64,000 nt of DNA, taken from positions 3,596,001 through 3,660,000 of the forward strand of contig JBHGNT010000008.1 in NCBI GenBank assembly GCA_043228905.1. The letters are read 5' to 3'. This stretch comes from Azolla caroliniana. Taxonomy: Eukaryota; Plantae; Polypodiophyta. Each line of letters starts with the position of its first letter. Within the stretch, counting starts at the first letter, position 1. Below are positions 49,055-61,670 of this stretch, piece after piece. A program made the translations under genes and the position numbers. Under the pieces are notes generated by a model that was not told the DNA's origin, made no database searches, and was given only the letters and a program-made list of their open reading frames with translations.

Positions 49055-52000
49055 GGACTCAGCAACTTCTGGACAATCAGTTCCTCCTCCCACTAGAGGG
49101 ACATATTCCCAACAAACTCCCCCTTCACTCCTGTGGGAGGAAGTTAGTTAGTCCTGTCTTCTGTCGACAGACTCTGAGTCTATCCATAGGTAGGTTCTTC
49201 GTCAACATGTCTGATCCATTGTCGTCAGTATGGATCTTCACCAAGGAAAACTCTCCTTCTTCGACTCTCTCCCGCAACCAGTGATACCTTCACTGTATAT
49301 GCTTGGTCCAGGAGTGGTATGAAGCATTCTTGGCAAGATGTATGGCACTCTTGCTATCACAGTGAAGCAAGAGCTCCTTTTGCTTCATCCCTAATTCGGT
49401 GAGAAAACTTCTCATCCAGATCATCTCTTTACCGGCCCCTATAGCTGCCATATACTTTGCCTCCATAGTCAACAAAGCTACAAACTTCTGCAATCGTGAC
49501 TACCATGACACTACTCCCCCTGCATAGGTCATCACGTACCCTGACGTGGATCGGTTCGAGTTGACATCTCCCGACATGTCCGAATCGGTAAAACCTTCTA
49601 GAAGAGGTTTTCCGAAACCATACCTTAGGCATACCCCCGAGGTGCCCTTTAAGTACCTGAGTATCCACTTCACTGCTGCCCAGTGTTCTCTCCCTAGATT
49701 ACTCATATATCAGCTTACTACGCCTACAACAAATGTTGTGTCTGGTCTCGTACAGACCATAGCATACATTAGACTGCCAACGGCCGAGGCATATGGTACC
49801 TTCCTCATCTCGGCCTTTTCCTTCTCCCCTTTCGGGCACTGCTTTACATTCAATCTGCAATTTGTCGGCAACACTAAGCCGACTGACTTTGCATCTGACA
49901 TGTTAAATCTCTCTAGGATCTTCGTCACATACTTCTGTTGTGACAACCATAGCACCTTTTGAGTTCTATCTCGAACTATGTGCATTCCTAAGATCTATTT
50001 AGGCGGTCCAAGGTCTTTCATGGTAAATGATTTGCTGAGAGCTTTCTTCAAGCTTCCAATCTTCCTTGTATCTTGACCAACTATCAACATGTCATCGACA
50101 TATAGCAAGAGAATCAAGAAGTCTCCTTCTTTGTACCTTTTGACGAACACACAGTGATTGGCCTATGTTTTCTGGAACCGGTGTCCCATCATGAAGGACT
50201 CGAACTTCTTGTACCATTGGCGTGGAGCTTGTTTCAAACCGCACAAGCTTTTCTTCAGTTGACACACCAGATTCTCTTTCCCTTTCTCCTCAAAGCCTTC
50301 GGGTTGCTGCATGTAGATTTATTCTTCTAGCTCGCCGTGCAGAAATGCGGTTTTGACATCCAACTATTCGATCTCCAGATCCATACTAGCCGCTATGCTT
50401 TGAACAGTTGGAATGGATGTCATCTTCATGACTAGTGCGAATATTTCGTCAAAGTGGACGCCCTTTTTCTGTTGAAAACCCTTCACCACTATGCGGGCTT
50501 TATACTTGGGCTCACTGTCAGTTTCTCCAGTCTTCACGTTGTAGAACCATTTATTCTTGAGTGCTCTCTTACCTTTCGACAGCTCAACCAGGTCGTAGGT
50601 GAAATTCTCGTGCAAGGATTCTGTTGAAATACAAGCTCAACATTGGCCAGATCGACTGTGCAAGCCGAGAACCGGATCGGTTGGGACCGATCAGTTAGGT
50701 CGGGTGCGTAAACCAGTGCGCAAATCGGTGTGCAACAAGAAGCCGTAGCGGTGCGTAAACCGCGAGGCCGTTGGAAAGATATTCTGCGTAGGAATATATT
50801 TTGGCAGTTAGTGTAGAGCTCATTTATGAGCATTGAAGTACGTGTCAGTACTTCTGTCAGTCCGTATGGACTTCTATAAAAGTGCTCACTGAGCACATCC
50901 TATTTACAGATTGAGTATTATTATTTTAAATAGAGTTGTGTGTATTGACTCTTTCTCTCTCTCTCTCTCTCCCGCATATTGTGTGTGTCCAACCTTTCCA
51001 TTAAACCTGTGTTTTTCTTACGAGGCAAGTCGGTGCGCAATGGAGGCGGCCGACGGGATCAAGGAAGAAGACATCGAAGTGATGCCGACAGCAATCCCGG
51101 ACCCTCCGGAAACAGGGGGAGTCGAGGTGACGAGAACCAGCACGGAAATCTGTCACGGAATGTTGGTATTGTGGCAAGAAAGGCCACAAGGAGAGCGAGT
51201 GTTGGACGAGCCATAAGGAGTGGTTCTCATACCTTGAGAAACCGATGCAACCGGGAGTAGTCGCAATAGGAGATGACACTCCGCATCCGATCGAGAATGT
51301 TAGTGAAGTTCCCCTGAGTCATATCGAACAAAAAGGGAAACTCATGAACGTGTTACACGTCCCGACAATCACGAAGAATCTGGTGTCGGTCGGTCAGATT
51401 GTCAACCAGGGAATGCAAGTCCGGTTCCCGCACCTCGAGTGCTTCATTCAGGAGGAAGGCCAAGTTATTGCGCAAGGGCGCAGAAACGGGAGGATGTTTA
51501 TCCTCGACGCCAATGACGTTGGCACCACAATGTTCGCAAAAGGAAAAAAATTCGACTCGGATATTGACTTGTGGCACAAGAGGATAGGCCACGTCAACTA
51601 TCAAAGGCTTCAGGACTTGCAATCGAAACAAGTTGTGTTCAGATTGCCCAAATTTAGTGGCCGGAAGGCCCAAATTTATGAAGCCTACCAGCTAGGGAAG
51701 CAACACTGACTTCCTTTCCCCAACGAGTGTAACCGGAGCCGGAACAAGCTCGACTTGATACATTCAGATGTATGGGGGCCAGCACAGAACGTTAGTCTCG
51801 GCGGGAGTCGATATTCAAAACGGCATAGCCGAAAGGAAAAATCGATCGGTTGTGGAAGCGGCGCAGGCAATGCTGGAAGAGAAGAGCTTGCCCAGGTTCT
51901 ATTGGGCCGAAGCGGTACGAACCACGGTCTACATCTCGAATCGGATCGGAGACAAGGTGTTGGCGCATGAGCTGTATTTCGGAAGGAAGCCGAATCTACG

Positions 52001-53587
52001 ACACTTGAGAGTTTTTGGTAGCATTGTGTATGTGCATGTGCCGAAGGAGAAACAGAGGAAGTTGGACGCGAAAGTCGAGAAGTGTATCTTGGTCGACTAT
52101 TCAGACGAACAAAAGGGTATAAGTGTTATAACCCCCGAACCAAACAAGCTCGCGTGAGCCGCGATGTTGTGTTTGACGAGTCCGCGTCCTGTTCCTCAAC
52201 TCCGGACCTCCATACCCGAGTTCTAACGATGAGGTCAGCGAGGCTGAAATGACTCCGGATGACCGCGAAATCAAGACCATCGATGAGAGTCCGATTTCAT
52301 TTTGGCTAAGTGGACCGAACAAGCGATTGGGTCAGTTTGACCAGTCCGAAGAAGAGCCGGTGAGTAGTGGAGACTCGGTCGTGCATTCCCCGCACAGGAA
52401 GCCGAGGAGACGGCTTACACACAAGGAAAAAGGGAAGAAGAAGATGCCGGACTATGGCACAGATAAGGGCGAGTCTGATCGACGCGAATCCGACTCCGAG
52501 AAGAGCGATGATGGGCCTTCGAGAGCGAAGTCCGCGTCGGCCAAGAAAGCCTCAACTTCGGCTAATGAGCAATTACACCGATCTACCCGCCAGAAAGAAC
52601 CCTATTGTGTTGTACATGAGTACAATGAGTACATGGCGGAAGTGCGTGAGCCAGAGAGCTACGCAGAAGCAGCGAAGGACACAAATTGGCGTGCCGCAAT
52701 GGAGGAAGAGATGCGCGCATTGGCGGAGAATGAAACCTGGGACCTAGTTGACGCACCAAAGGGTGTGAAGTCGATCGGATGTAGGTGGGTGTACAAGGTC
52801 AAGTACAACACCGACGACTCGGTCAACCAATATAGGGCCCGGTTAGTAGCGAAAGGCTACGCGGAGCAACACGGCATCGACTACGATGAGATGTTTGCGT
52901 TGGTCGCAAAGATGATGACCGTCCGTATTTTTCTTGCAGTAGCTATGTCAAAGGGGTGGCATTTACATCAGATGGATGTCAAGAATGCGTTCCTGCAAGG
53001 CAAGCTTGAGGAACAAGTGTACATGGTACAACCCCCCGGATTTCACTCCGGAATGAACACCTCGGCGGTCTACTGGTTGAAGAAGTCCCTTCACGAACTA
53101 AAGCAAGCCCCGCGTGCTTGGAACACGAAAATCACGTAGCGATTGCATCGGATGGGATTTGCGACGTCCAAATTGGTCTCTTCAGTGTTCATTCGGAAAG
53201 GTTGACACGGGCGGATTAGTATTTTACTTTATGTTGATGACTTGGTCATCACCGGCGCCAACCTAGGTGAAATTGACCGCGTAAAACTCCAGCTCGCGGC
53301 ATCATTTGACATGAAGGACCTGGGGGACCTTCATTACTTCCTCGAGATCGAAGTGATCCGTACCCCCAAAGGCATACTAATTAGCCAATGGCATTACGTG
53401 TTGTGTATGCTCTTCAAGTTCGGGATGGCAGATTGCAAGTCAGTCTCGACTCCTCTAGATAAAACCGTCAAGCTTCGCCCTGACTCCGGAAAGGTTTGCG
53501 ACCCGAAGAGGTTCCGACAGATTGTCGGAAGCCTCATATACTTGACTATCACGCGACCAGACATCAGTTACCCGGTCGGTGTGATTA

Positions 53588-53884
53588 GGGTGAAAGCATG
53601 TGAATGGAAACACTATTATAGCTATTTAGCTGCTAAACTGACCACAGCTAAATAGTTTTTTTTATAGCTAATTTTTATTAGGAAGATCTTAAAGATATGT
53701 ATCATTTATTATGGAGATGGAAATATTACCATTTATGGTCCACCGTTTAGCTAGTCTTTTTCTGAGATCAAATTCTAATCATCCCTAAATTTGCCAAAAT
53801 ATACAGATTACATGTAGCTTTTTAGGTAGCTAATTAGCTATGTCAAGGACATAGCTAATTGTTCCCATTCCCATGCTTTCACCC
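53588..53884. mobile_element. MITE with 25-bp TIRs and apparent 4-bp ATTA TSD
   Basis: Left TIR GGGTGAAAGCATGTGAATGGAAACA vs right TIR (reverse complement) GGGTGAAAGCATGGGAATGGGAACA; interrupts the RT codons GVISQFM. Confidence 0.88.
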
Positions 53885-54464
53885 ATTAGTCAGTTCATGG
53901 CACGGCCAACCGAGGAGCACCTTCAATGCACACAACGCGTACTCTGGTACGTCAGTGGCACTAAGGACCGTGGGCTACTATATCGGACCGATACTGCCAC
54001 ACAGTTAGTCAGCTACACCGATGTTGATTGGGCTGGAAACGCCGGCGATCGCCGACCCACATCCGGATTCGCGTTCTCTCTTGGGAGCGCCGCGATCGCG
54101 TGGAGTAGGAAGAAGCAGCCAACAGTTGCTCTGTCGAGCACCGAAGCCGAGTATAGAGGAGCCGTTGTCGCAACATGCAAACTTATCTGGCTGAAACGGC
54201 TACTTATGGATCTGTAGGTGGAGGTGTCCGATCCGACAACGATCTACTGCGACAACCTCAACAGCATCCAGTTAGCGAAGAACCCTATCTTCCACGGCCA
54301 AACTAAGCACATTGAGGTGCACTACCACTTTGTCTGTGAGCATGTCCTCTCCGGTGAAGTCGAACTTCAGTATGTTCCAACGGATCAGCAGACCGCCGAC
54401 ATTTTCACCAAGCCCCTTGGTCTCGTCATGTTGCGACAATTCTCGGGTGCGCTTGGGTTGCGAC

Positions 54465-55294
54465 CAAGGTTGTTAGGTACATTAGGCACGGTACAGATAC
54501 CATACATATTTAACGTATTAATACCCGTATAGTACCTCCCAATTTAAGAATACGTTAAATACGTTTTCTTAATATGTTAAATACTTATAAAATACGTAAA
54601 TTACGTATTTTACGTATAGTAAGTTAAATACTTCTAGAATTTGAAAATTATTTACCTTTCTAAAAAATATCTATAATATTGTAAAAAACATCTATGTTTA
54701 CACAATTTTGTGATGTACAATATAGTTCTACATCCTAAAATGCATATAAGACATTTGAATATTTCAATTCCTAACATACTTGTAGTAATATGGATGTCGA
54801 CATTCCTTTATTCTATAAATCAGTGTAAGTGTGTATCACGATGTTCTACTTCAAATTGAAATTATTTACAATTATGCCTTCATAGATTGAGGAATCGCCT
54901 AAGATTATCACAGTCATGATAGGTTTCTCTTTTCTTTGTTTTCTTCTTCTTCTTCTTCTATCTACTACGATTATCACACTCAAGATAGGTTTATGTCTTC
55001 TTTTCTCTCTTCTTCTTCATCTTCTTCATCGTTGTCACTTCTATTCTTCTTTCATCCTTCCTTTGGCTTCTTTTTCACTAAAATCTTTTTTTTCTTTTGC
55101 TTTTCATTAGGGTGTTAGGTACATTTTCTTTATAAATACGTATTATACCTCTTTTTTTTTAAATACGTTAAATACCGTATTGGACAAATGTACATGATAT
55201 TTGACTAAACAACATTGAGGTATAGTACGTACTATACAAATGATGAGGTATTATACGTATTTAAACATTAAATACGAGTACATAAACAACCATG
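54465..55294. mobile_element. hAT-family MITE, copy 3
   Basis: CAAGGTTGTT...AACAACCATG termini; perfect 8-bp TSD GTTGCGAC. Confidence 0.93.
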
Positions 55295-56019
55295 GTTGCG
55301 ACAGCTCGATGTGCCAAACTTGAGGGGGAGAGAAGTTCCGGAAGACCACGGAAGGGAGTAGGAAAGGAGCGGAAGAGACCGTGACGCCGAGTCAAATGAC
55401 GAATTCGATTTCGGGTTGGCTGAAGAAGCCCAGGGCGGATCCACGAGAGAGTCCGAAAGAGAACGTGAGGGAAGCAGCTGAAAGAAAGAGCCGAAGCCAA
55501 CCAAGCATGGGGGAGATGAAGCCAACTCGAACGAGAGCGAAAACCGATCGGAGGAAACTGATTCGGTTCGAATGTTTGATTCGGAGAGGTCAAATCAACC
55601 GAGGGCCAAGCGGAAGAAAGGGCAGCCGAAGAGACGCCAACACCACGATAGCAAGGGAGCTGAGAAGGGTCGCACGAGCACACACGCCGACCGGAAGGGT
55701 CGAGGTGCGCGAAATCGAACAGGACGAGGAGCACAAGCGAGGTGTGAAGCCAGAAGAAACCAGAGTGGTGATCTGGAAGGACCGAAAGAGCCTCAAGTTG
55801 ACCTTGAGGGGGAGTGTTGAGATACAAGCTCAACATTGGCCGGATCGGTTGTGCAAGCCAAGAACCGAATCAGTTGGGACCGATCGGTTAGGCCGGACCG
55901 GTGCGTAAACCGGCGCGCAAACCGGTGCGCAACAAGAAGCCGTAGCGGTGCGTAAATCGCGAGGCCGTTGGAAAGATATTCCGCGTAGGAATATATTTTG
56001 GGAGTAGTGTAGAGCTCAT

Positions 56020-57768
56020 TGTGAATATTAATGTGCGGAAGTGTCAAACAAAACCGGCTCAACCAGATAGCAACAAAAAATGAGATGAAGGTTTAATAGA
56101 AAAGCTTAAAAACACAAAGGAGACAGAGAGAGCAGAACATAAAACTATATTAAAAAATTAACTCTAAAACTCTGTACATACAACGTGCTAAACAACACTA
56201 TTTATACAAGTCCATAAAGGACTGACAGTCATGTGGTTTGATGCTCGAGAGTCAACGCACCACACTTCCTCCAATCCGGAAGTGGTCTTCTTCATTGAGT
56301 TCTCCTTGTGCTTCATCACAAAGGTTGGCCCTTTTCCAGTCTTACTAGTTTCGGATCCTTCTGATCCTTCTGCGTAGTGCGAGCTTTTCCGGCTTCCCCG
56401 TCTGGCCTTGCCGGATCCGGACTTGTCTGAATTAGCGCGCTTTTTCCAACACTTGCTCTCTATGTGGCCCTTTCGACCACAGTACCAACATTCCATTGCA
56501 GTCTTCTCTTTCCGACTCTCGGCACCGCCTTGACTCCCCTTGCTTATGGAGGGTCTGGAACTATTGTCGGCACCATCATTGTGCCTCTGATTTTGTTCTT
56601 GTCAACCGCTTCCACTGCGCGTTGTTGATCCACCTCCGTGTACAACGTCTTTCTGTCGGTGTGTGTGCTTGTTGACGCATCCGTGTGGTTCTCCTCAATT
56701 AGGCGCATCGACTGTAGGTCGAAAAACGAGGGGGTATTCTCCCTTGTACAGACTGTCGTCCGGAATGCTCTGAATTTCAACACCAGGCCCCCGAGACAGA
56801 CTTGCACCATTTCATCCTCTTCAACGGTCACATTAATAGAGGCAAGTGAGTCGCAGATGTCTTTGATTCGGGCCGTGTAGTCGGCCACCGACATGTCCCT
56901 CTATCAGACATTGCTCAACTCCTATCTGAGTTGCAGCTTCTGGACCGTGGTGCTTGCAGTGAAGTCCTTTTTTAGGTTTCCCCAAGCTTCCTTTGGCGTC
57001 TTGGCATCCCGGATAAGGCTGAGCAGCTAATCATCGACACTACACGCGAAGCAGTCCTGCTTGCCGCTTGTTCCCAAGTCGGGAAGTCCCTCTGTGCCGC
57101 ATCAGGTGTCCTATCGTTAGCTCTGTCAACATAAATCCAATAGTCGTGCCCAAGTAGGTACTGGTGCATCTTGTATGACCAAGATGCATAGTTGGATCTG
57201 TCGAGCTTCTCCGTCGAAAGCGAGCTAGCCATTCCTCGGTCCATTCTAACCTTCTTGATTTATGTTCTCTAGCGGATATTAGGGTTTGTCTTTGAAAAGC
57301 ACTTGTCGGCTGCAGAGGTTCTCAACCCTCGCGCTCTGATACCATGAAAAAGTAAATATGTAGAAGCTAGGACAAAACTAGTTCAACCAAATAGCAACAT
57401 AATACAAACACGGATTTAAGGAAACCTTACACAAGAGAGAGACAGAGTTAAAGCAAAACAACATTAAGCTAAATTCAAAATAATAACACTCTGTACATAC
57501 AATGTGCTCAATGAGCACTTTTAGATAAAGTCCATGAAAGGACTGACAAAAGTACTTACAGGTACTTCAATGCTCATACGAGCGACTGACACTAACTCCA
57601 AGGAATTTGCCTGCGTACTAGGCTAGGATTGTAGGCCTCTAACGGCCTACCAGTTACAATCCGATCCGGTTCTTGGTTTCGGATACCTATCGGTTCTCCG
57701 TTCCAAATACCAATCCGGCGTTGGCTTATTCAGTCAATTCGGATCCGGTTGAGCTTGTCCGCTCAACA
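56020..57768 (-). mobile_element. Chimeric Copia remnant: partial LTR (56020-56228) fused to PR/gag, PBS and a different 5' LTR (57345-57768)
   Basis: Gag MASSLSTEKLDRSNYASW, CWYCGRKGH, WCVDSRASNHM; PBS TGGTATCAGAGC at 57344-57333; flanks CTCAT and GTAAA do not match. Confidence 0.85.
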
Positions 57769-58280
57769 GTAAATGAGTAAAGATGTAGAGTTGAAGGATC
57801 ATTCAATTGGTTGGCAAAGATAATGAGGTCTTTGCATGGTCAATGATACTAGCAAAAGCTACATGCATTTGTATTATTGCGTCAAGACAAAGATACTAGC
57901 TAGAGGGGTTTGCATGGGTGGTTTTGCATCAAGCCAAAGATCTCCTACTAGCCATGGAACATATGCCCCCCAACTATTCTATTATCACCGTTTAATAAAA
58001 AAACACAACACGAGGTTCAAATAAAAGTAGGTGTTTTAGTGTTCGAGATCAAGGGTAACCTAAGTATTTGAGTATGTTGTAATAAAGTGAGTTGATTTTG
58101 TCAACAAGGTGGCTTATTGATGGTTGATTGACATTGGCAAGGACAGCTGGCCATTTCTCTATTATCACATCCCTAGGTTCCACTTTCTACAATCTAATCA
58201 CATTGAGTCCAAAATTTGCATGGCAAGGGGCTTTTGTCCAATCCTTGAATGAAGGTAGGACTCAAATGAAACTAGACTCG

Positions 58281-58569
58281 CATAGTATGAACCATACGTA
58301 CCATACATGCATTCGCATTCGCGAATAGTTCGGTCATTCGTGAAAGAAAAACACCCTCAAAGAATGATAAATCCCATACTTTTGGATTAACTATTTATTA
58401 TGAGGTAGATAAGCCTAAAAATGGGGAAAAAAAAACAAAAAATAAAAACATTAAAAAAATGGAAAAAAATGGAAAAAAAACACAAGAATGTTTGAATAAC
58501 ATTCGCATTCGTTTTCCAACGTAGGAAAATGAATGTTATACTAGACGAACACGAATTTTACGTACTATG
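58281..58569. mobile_element. Possible small hAT-like MITE
   Basis: Termini CATAGTATG.../...CGTACTATG and repeated ATTCG subterminal motifs; TSD only approximate (AACTAGAC/AACTAGAG, offset by 3 nt). Confidence 0.4.
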
Positions 58570-58834
58570 AACTAGAGCATTCAACTTGAGTCAAAGAGCT
58601 TCTACGAGCTTTGCTATGCCACCACAATCATTGCTAACGTTGTTGTTGTCTACTGCCACATCACACTGTCACGTCAATAGCTAACATCATCCACCACATC
58701 ACATCTACGTCACGCACATTCAATCCTTCTTCTACACTTTAGAAAAGGAAAAAAGAATATTATTATGACCTTACCCACAAACTTAAACTCTTTTCATTTT
58801 CCCAAATAACCCTCCTTTTAACCAATATAAAAAA

Positions 58835-59147
58835 GGGAAAAGTGCCAGGATACCCTTGGAAGTTCATCTATTTACCAGAATGCTCCTGAAAGTTCCAAAT
58901 TTACCAAATTACCCCTATGTCCAAAAAATTACACTTTATAAAGTAATTATACACTCAAATCTTTGGTAAATAGGGCTAGTTCGGGTCCATTTCTTCCATC
59001 TTTGGTAAATAGGGCTTGTAGATTTGAGTGTATAATTACTTTATAAAGTGTAATTTTTTGGACATAGGGGTAGTTTGGTAAATTTGGAACTTCCAAGGGC
59101 ATTATGGTAAATAGACGAACTTCCAAGGGTATCCTGGTACTTTTCCC
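58835..59147. mobile_element. Mutator-like MITE (foldback)
   Basis: ~128-bp TIRs starting GGGAAAAGT; perfect 9-bp TSD TATAAAAAA. Confidence 0.92.
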
Positions 59148-59429
59148 TATAAAAAAACATACATATCTAAACACACATGCACACACACATTCACAAACAT
59201 AAACACACTTTGACATTTACACCTATATCACTTCGCAAACCTACTCACAAATATGAAATATACACATATACATTGTAAAAAAAATTCATATATATACAGA
59301 AACCCATGCACATTTCAAGCGCATATACACAAAAATTTAATACAAACTCGAAGCATACTCACACACTTTACACATTTATATTTACTTAAACATACATGCA
59401 TAATTGTGCACATACACTTCATTTAAGCA

Positions 59430-59700
59430 GAGGCATTCAATTGCACTTTATGTCATCTTAGTGAACTGATACTCCATTGAGTAAGAATAACATCAAAACC
59501 TTTGGAAGATGGAATATTTGTAATGAAATCTAAAGCGATAGGTTTTCGTGGATTATCTTAAACTGGTAAGGCTTACAATAAACCATGCGGTCGATACCAA
59601 AAGTTCTTTTACTGAACACATGCATTACAACTACGAATCTACTCCTCGAACAAAGCCACTAAATCACATTTCCTTAAAGGGATTAATACGACTCATACCT
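59430..59700 (-). pseudogene. Old chromovirus-type Gypsy integrase remnant
   Basis: Hand translation IRSCNACVQ*K...RPHGLL*ALPV...IALDFITNIPSSKGFDVIL...FTKM. Confidence 0.7.
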
Positions 59701-59709
59701 TGGAGTGTT

Positions 59710-60397
59710 GCAATTCCAAGGATCACTATTGAGTTTTGAGGGGCTGCCTTCCTCCTGGTGGGCTAACTAAGCGACTGGGGGACAAAGACAACATCCCATG
59801 CAAAAAGATTATCATAAGTCAAAATATAATAGATCTAGTTATGTGTTAGGTATTGTGGCATCATGGTCTTCCACATTACCTTCTCAGTGATTGAAGAAAG
59901 AAATTCATCTCTAGGATTTGGAAAATCCTAGAAATATATGTAGCATGGACTCTTCCAAATTGATTGTAATCTCTCTTAAAGCTATCATACAGAGCGTGAT
60001 GGTCAAATCAAATATTGGGACAAGATCTTCGTTGTCATCGGTATTAATGGCAATTTCAAGGATCACTATTGAGTTTCGAGGTGCTGCCTTCCTCCCGATG
60101 GGCTAACTAAGAAACTGGGGTACGTCATTCCCCAATGGCAAAGACAACATCCCATGCAAAAAGATTATCAATAGTCAAAAAATATAATAGATCTAGTTAT
60201 GTGTGAGGTATTGTGACATCATGGTCTTCCACATGACCTTATTAGTGATTGAAGACTAAAATTCATCTCTAGGATTTGGAAATATATGTAGCATGGACTC
60301 CTCCAAATTGCTTGTAATCTCTCTTCAAGCTATCATCCAAAGTGTGATGGTCAAATCAAATATTGGGACAATATCTTCATTGTCATCAATACTAATG
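59710..60397. repeat. Tandem duplication of a ~340-bp unit
   Basis: Units start GCAATT(C/T)CAAGGATCACTATTGAG at 59710 and 60050. Confidence 0.9.
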
Positions 60398-61376
60398 ATG
60401 ATTGGATTGACTTTTTGTACTTTATACAGATTTCTTACAATAATTCTAGACATTCTTACAAGATAGAATCCATTATTTTCTAAACACAAGCTACCTATAT
60501 AAGAAGATAGTTTAGTCATTGAAGAAGAATATCGATTCATTGACATTCTTTGATGTATTCTTGTAATCTTGTTCTTCTTGTTAATATATTTACATTGTCC
60601 TCTTATGTCTTTCTTCTTTTCTTATGCTATTCTTCCATTCCATCTTGTTCTAAGCCATAACACCTATGATATGTTACAAAATCTAGTTAGGGGCCAACTT
60701 GGGATTATAAATGCAACAAACACCTTTATTGTCATTTAGATTAGGGAATGTCAATGGCTGCAAGTCCACCTAGATGAGTAAGATGATCTTCTGATTGACG
60801 TAAAAAATTCTGCGATATGAGCTTTAGGAGAAGATCCTCATTCAATATGCTATATGAGCTTGTTTTGCACAAGACATGATTAATCTAAGAACTATAGTGC
60901 ACCAAGTCTTATACAAAACATTGATGTACATAAAATGAATCACAACATGACACAGTAAAAGTCTGCCAGGAACTGAAAGACAAAGCCTTCCAGAAGGCTG
61001 CTCATGGGGAGTCTCCTTGCGTCCCCAGGGATTGCTTGTGGATTCATCCATTGTATAGTTCGTCGCTTACAAGTTAACTTCATCTCTCTGTGAAATCAAG
61101 GCCGTATCATGGTTGTAGTGATGATCTATGCCAATGGAGGAACTCCATATCAAATGAAAATGAATTAAAAGTTTAAATGTTAACCTGAATGTAAGTTTCC
61201 TCCATTGACCCGCCATTATAAAGTCCTAGAATACTGAAGATTTAGGACCATTAGTGCACTCACAAGATTATATGACAATACAAGTCATTTAATTTTCATC
61301 TTATATTAGCAAGATTAGCACATGCAATACAAGTTGTGTTGCATTAAGTGATAACCCAAGCTAAATTATTCAATGA

Positions 61377-61379
<3 letters not shown>

Positions 61380-61407
<28 letters not shown>
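61380..61407. repeat. (TA)n microsatellite
   Basis: 14 dinucleotide units. Confidence 0.95.
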
Positions 61408-61670
61408 GGATAATGAATGAATTGGATGATGTTTTACATAGAGAATTCATGAACATGTTTAGGATCAACATTATGAAATGAAATGAGGTTACAAATGAAT
61501 CAAATTTACAAGGAGGATTCAGGAATGAATGCCAGATTCTATTCCCTGCACTAATGAATAAATTTCAATATAGAAGAGGAACAGTGGACCAAACTGCAGA
61601 TAATCGAACACAGTAACAACAATGAGATATTTCAGTAGTTCTGAAGACAATCTCTATTTTGAATACCACT

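Larger units (their letters stand above)
46987..50621 (-). mobile_element. Copia element (relative of 5582-10846), 3' LTR plus RT-RH only
   Basis: 3' LTR 46987-49114 carrying two inserts; PPT GGAGTGAAGGGGGAG; RT/RH very similar to 8731-10260. Confidence 0.9.
50622..56019 (+). mobile_element. Copia element (relative of 15762-21480) with deletions and nested MITEs
   Basis: LTR copies at 50622 and 55815. PPT CTTGAGGGGGAG. PBS/gag N-terminus deleted at ~51020 and IN core deleted at ~51815. RT and RH motifs present. Confidence 0.9.

Noticed and set aside
60842-61051. Exon-like ORF downstream of the NAIP-like gene
   Set aside because: No recognisable homology or consistent splice model.
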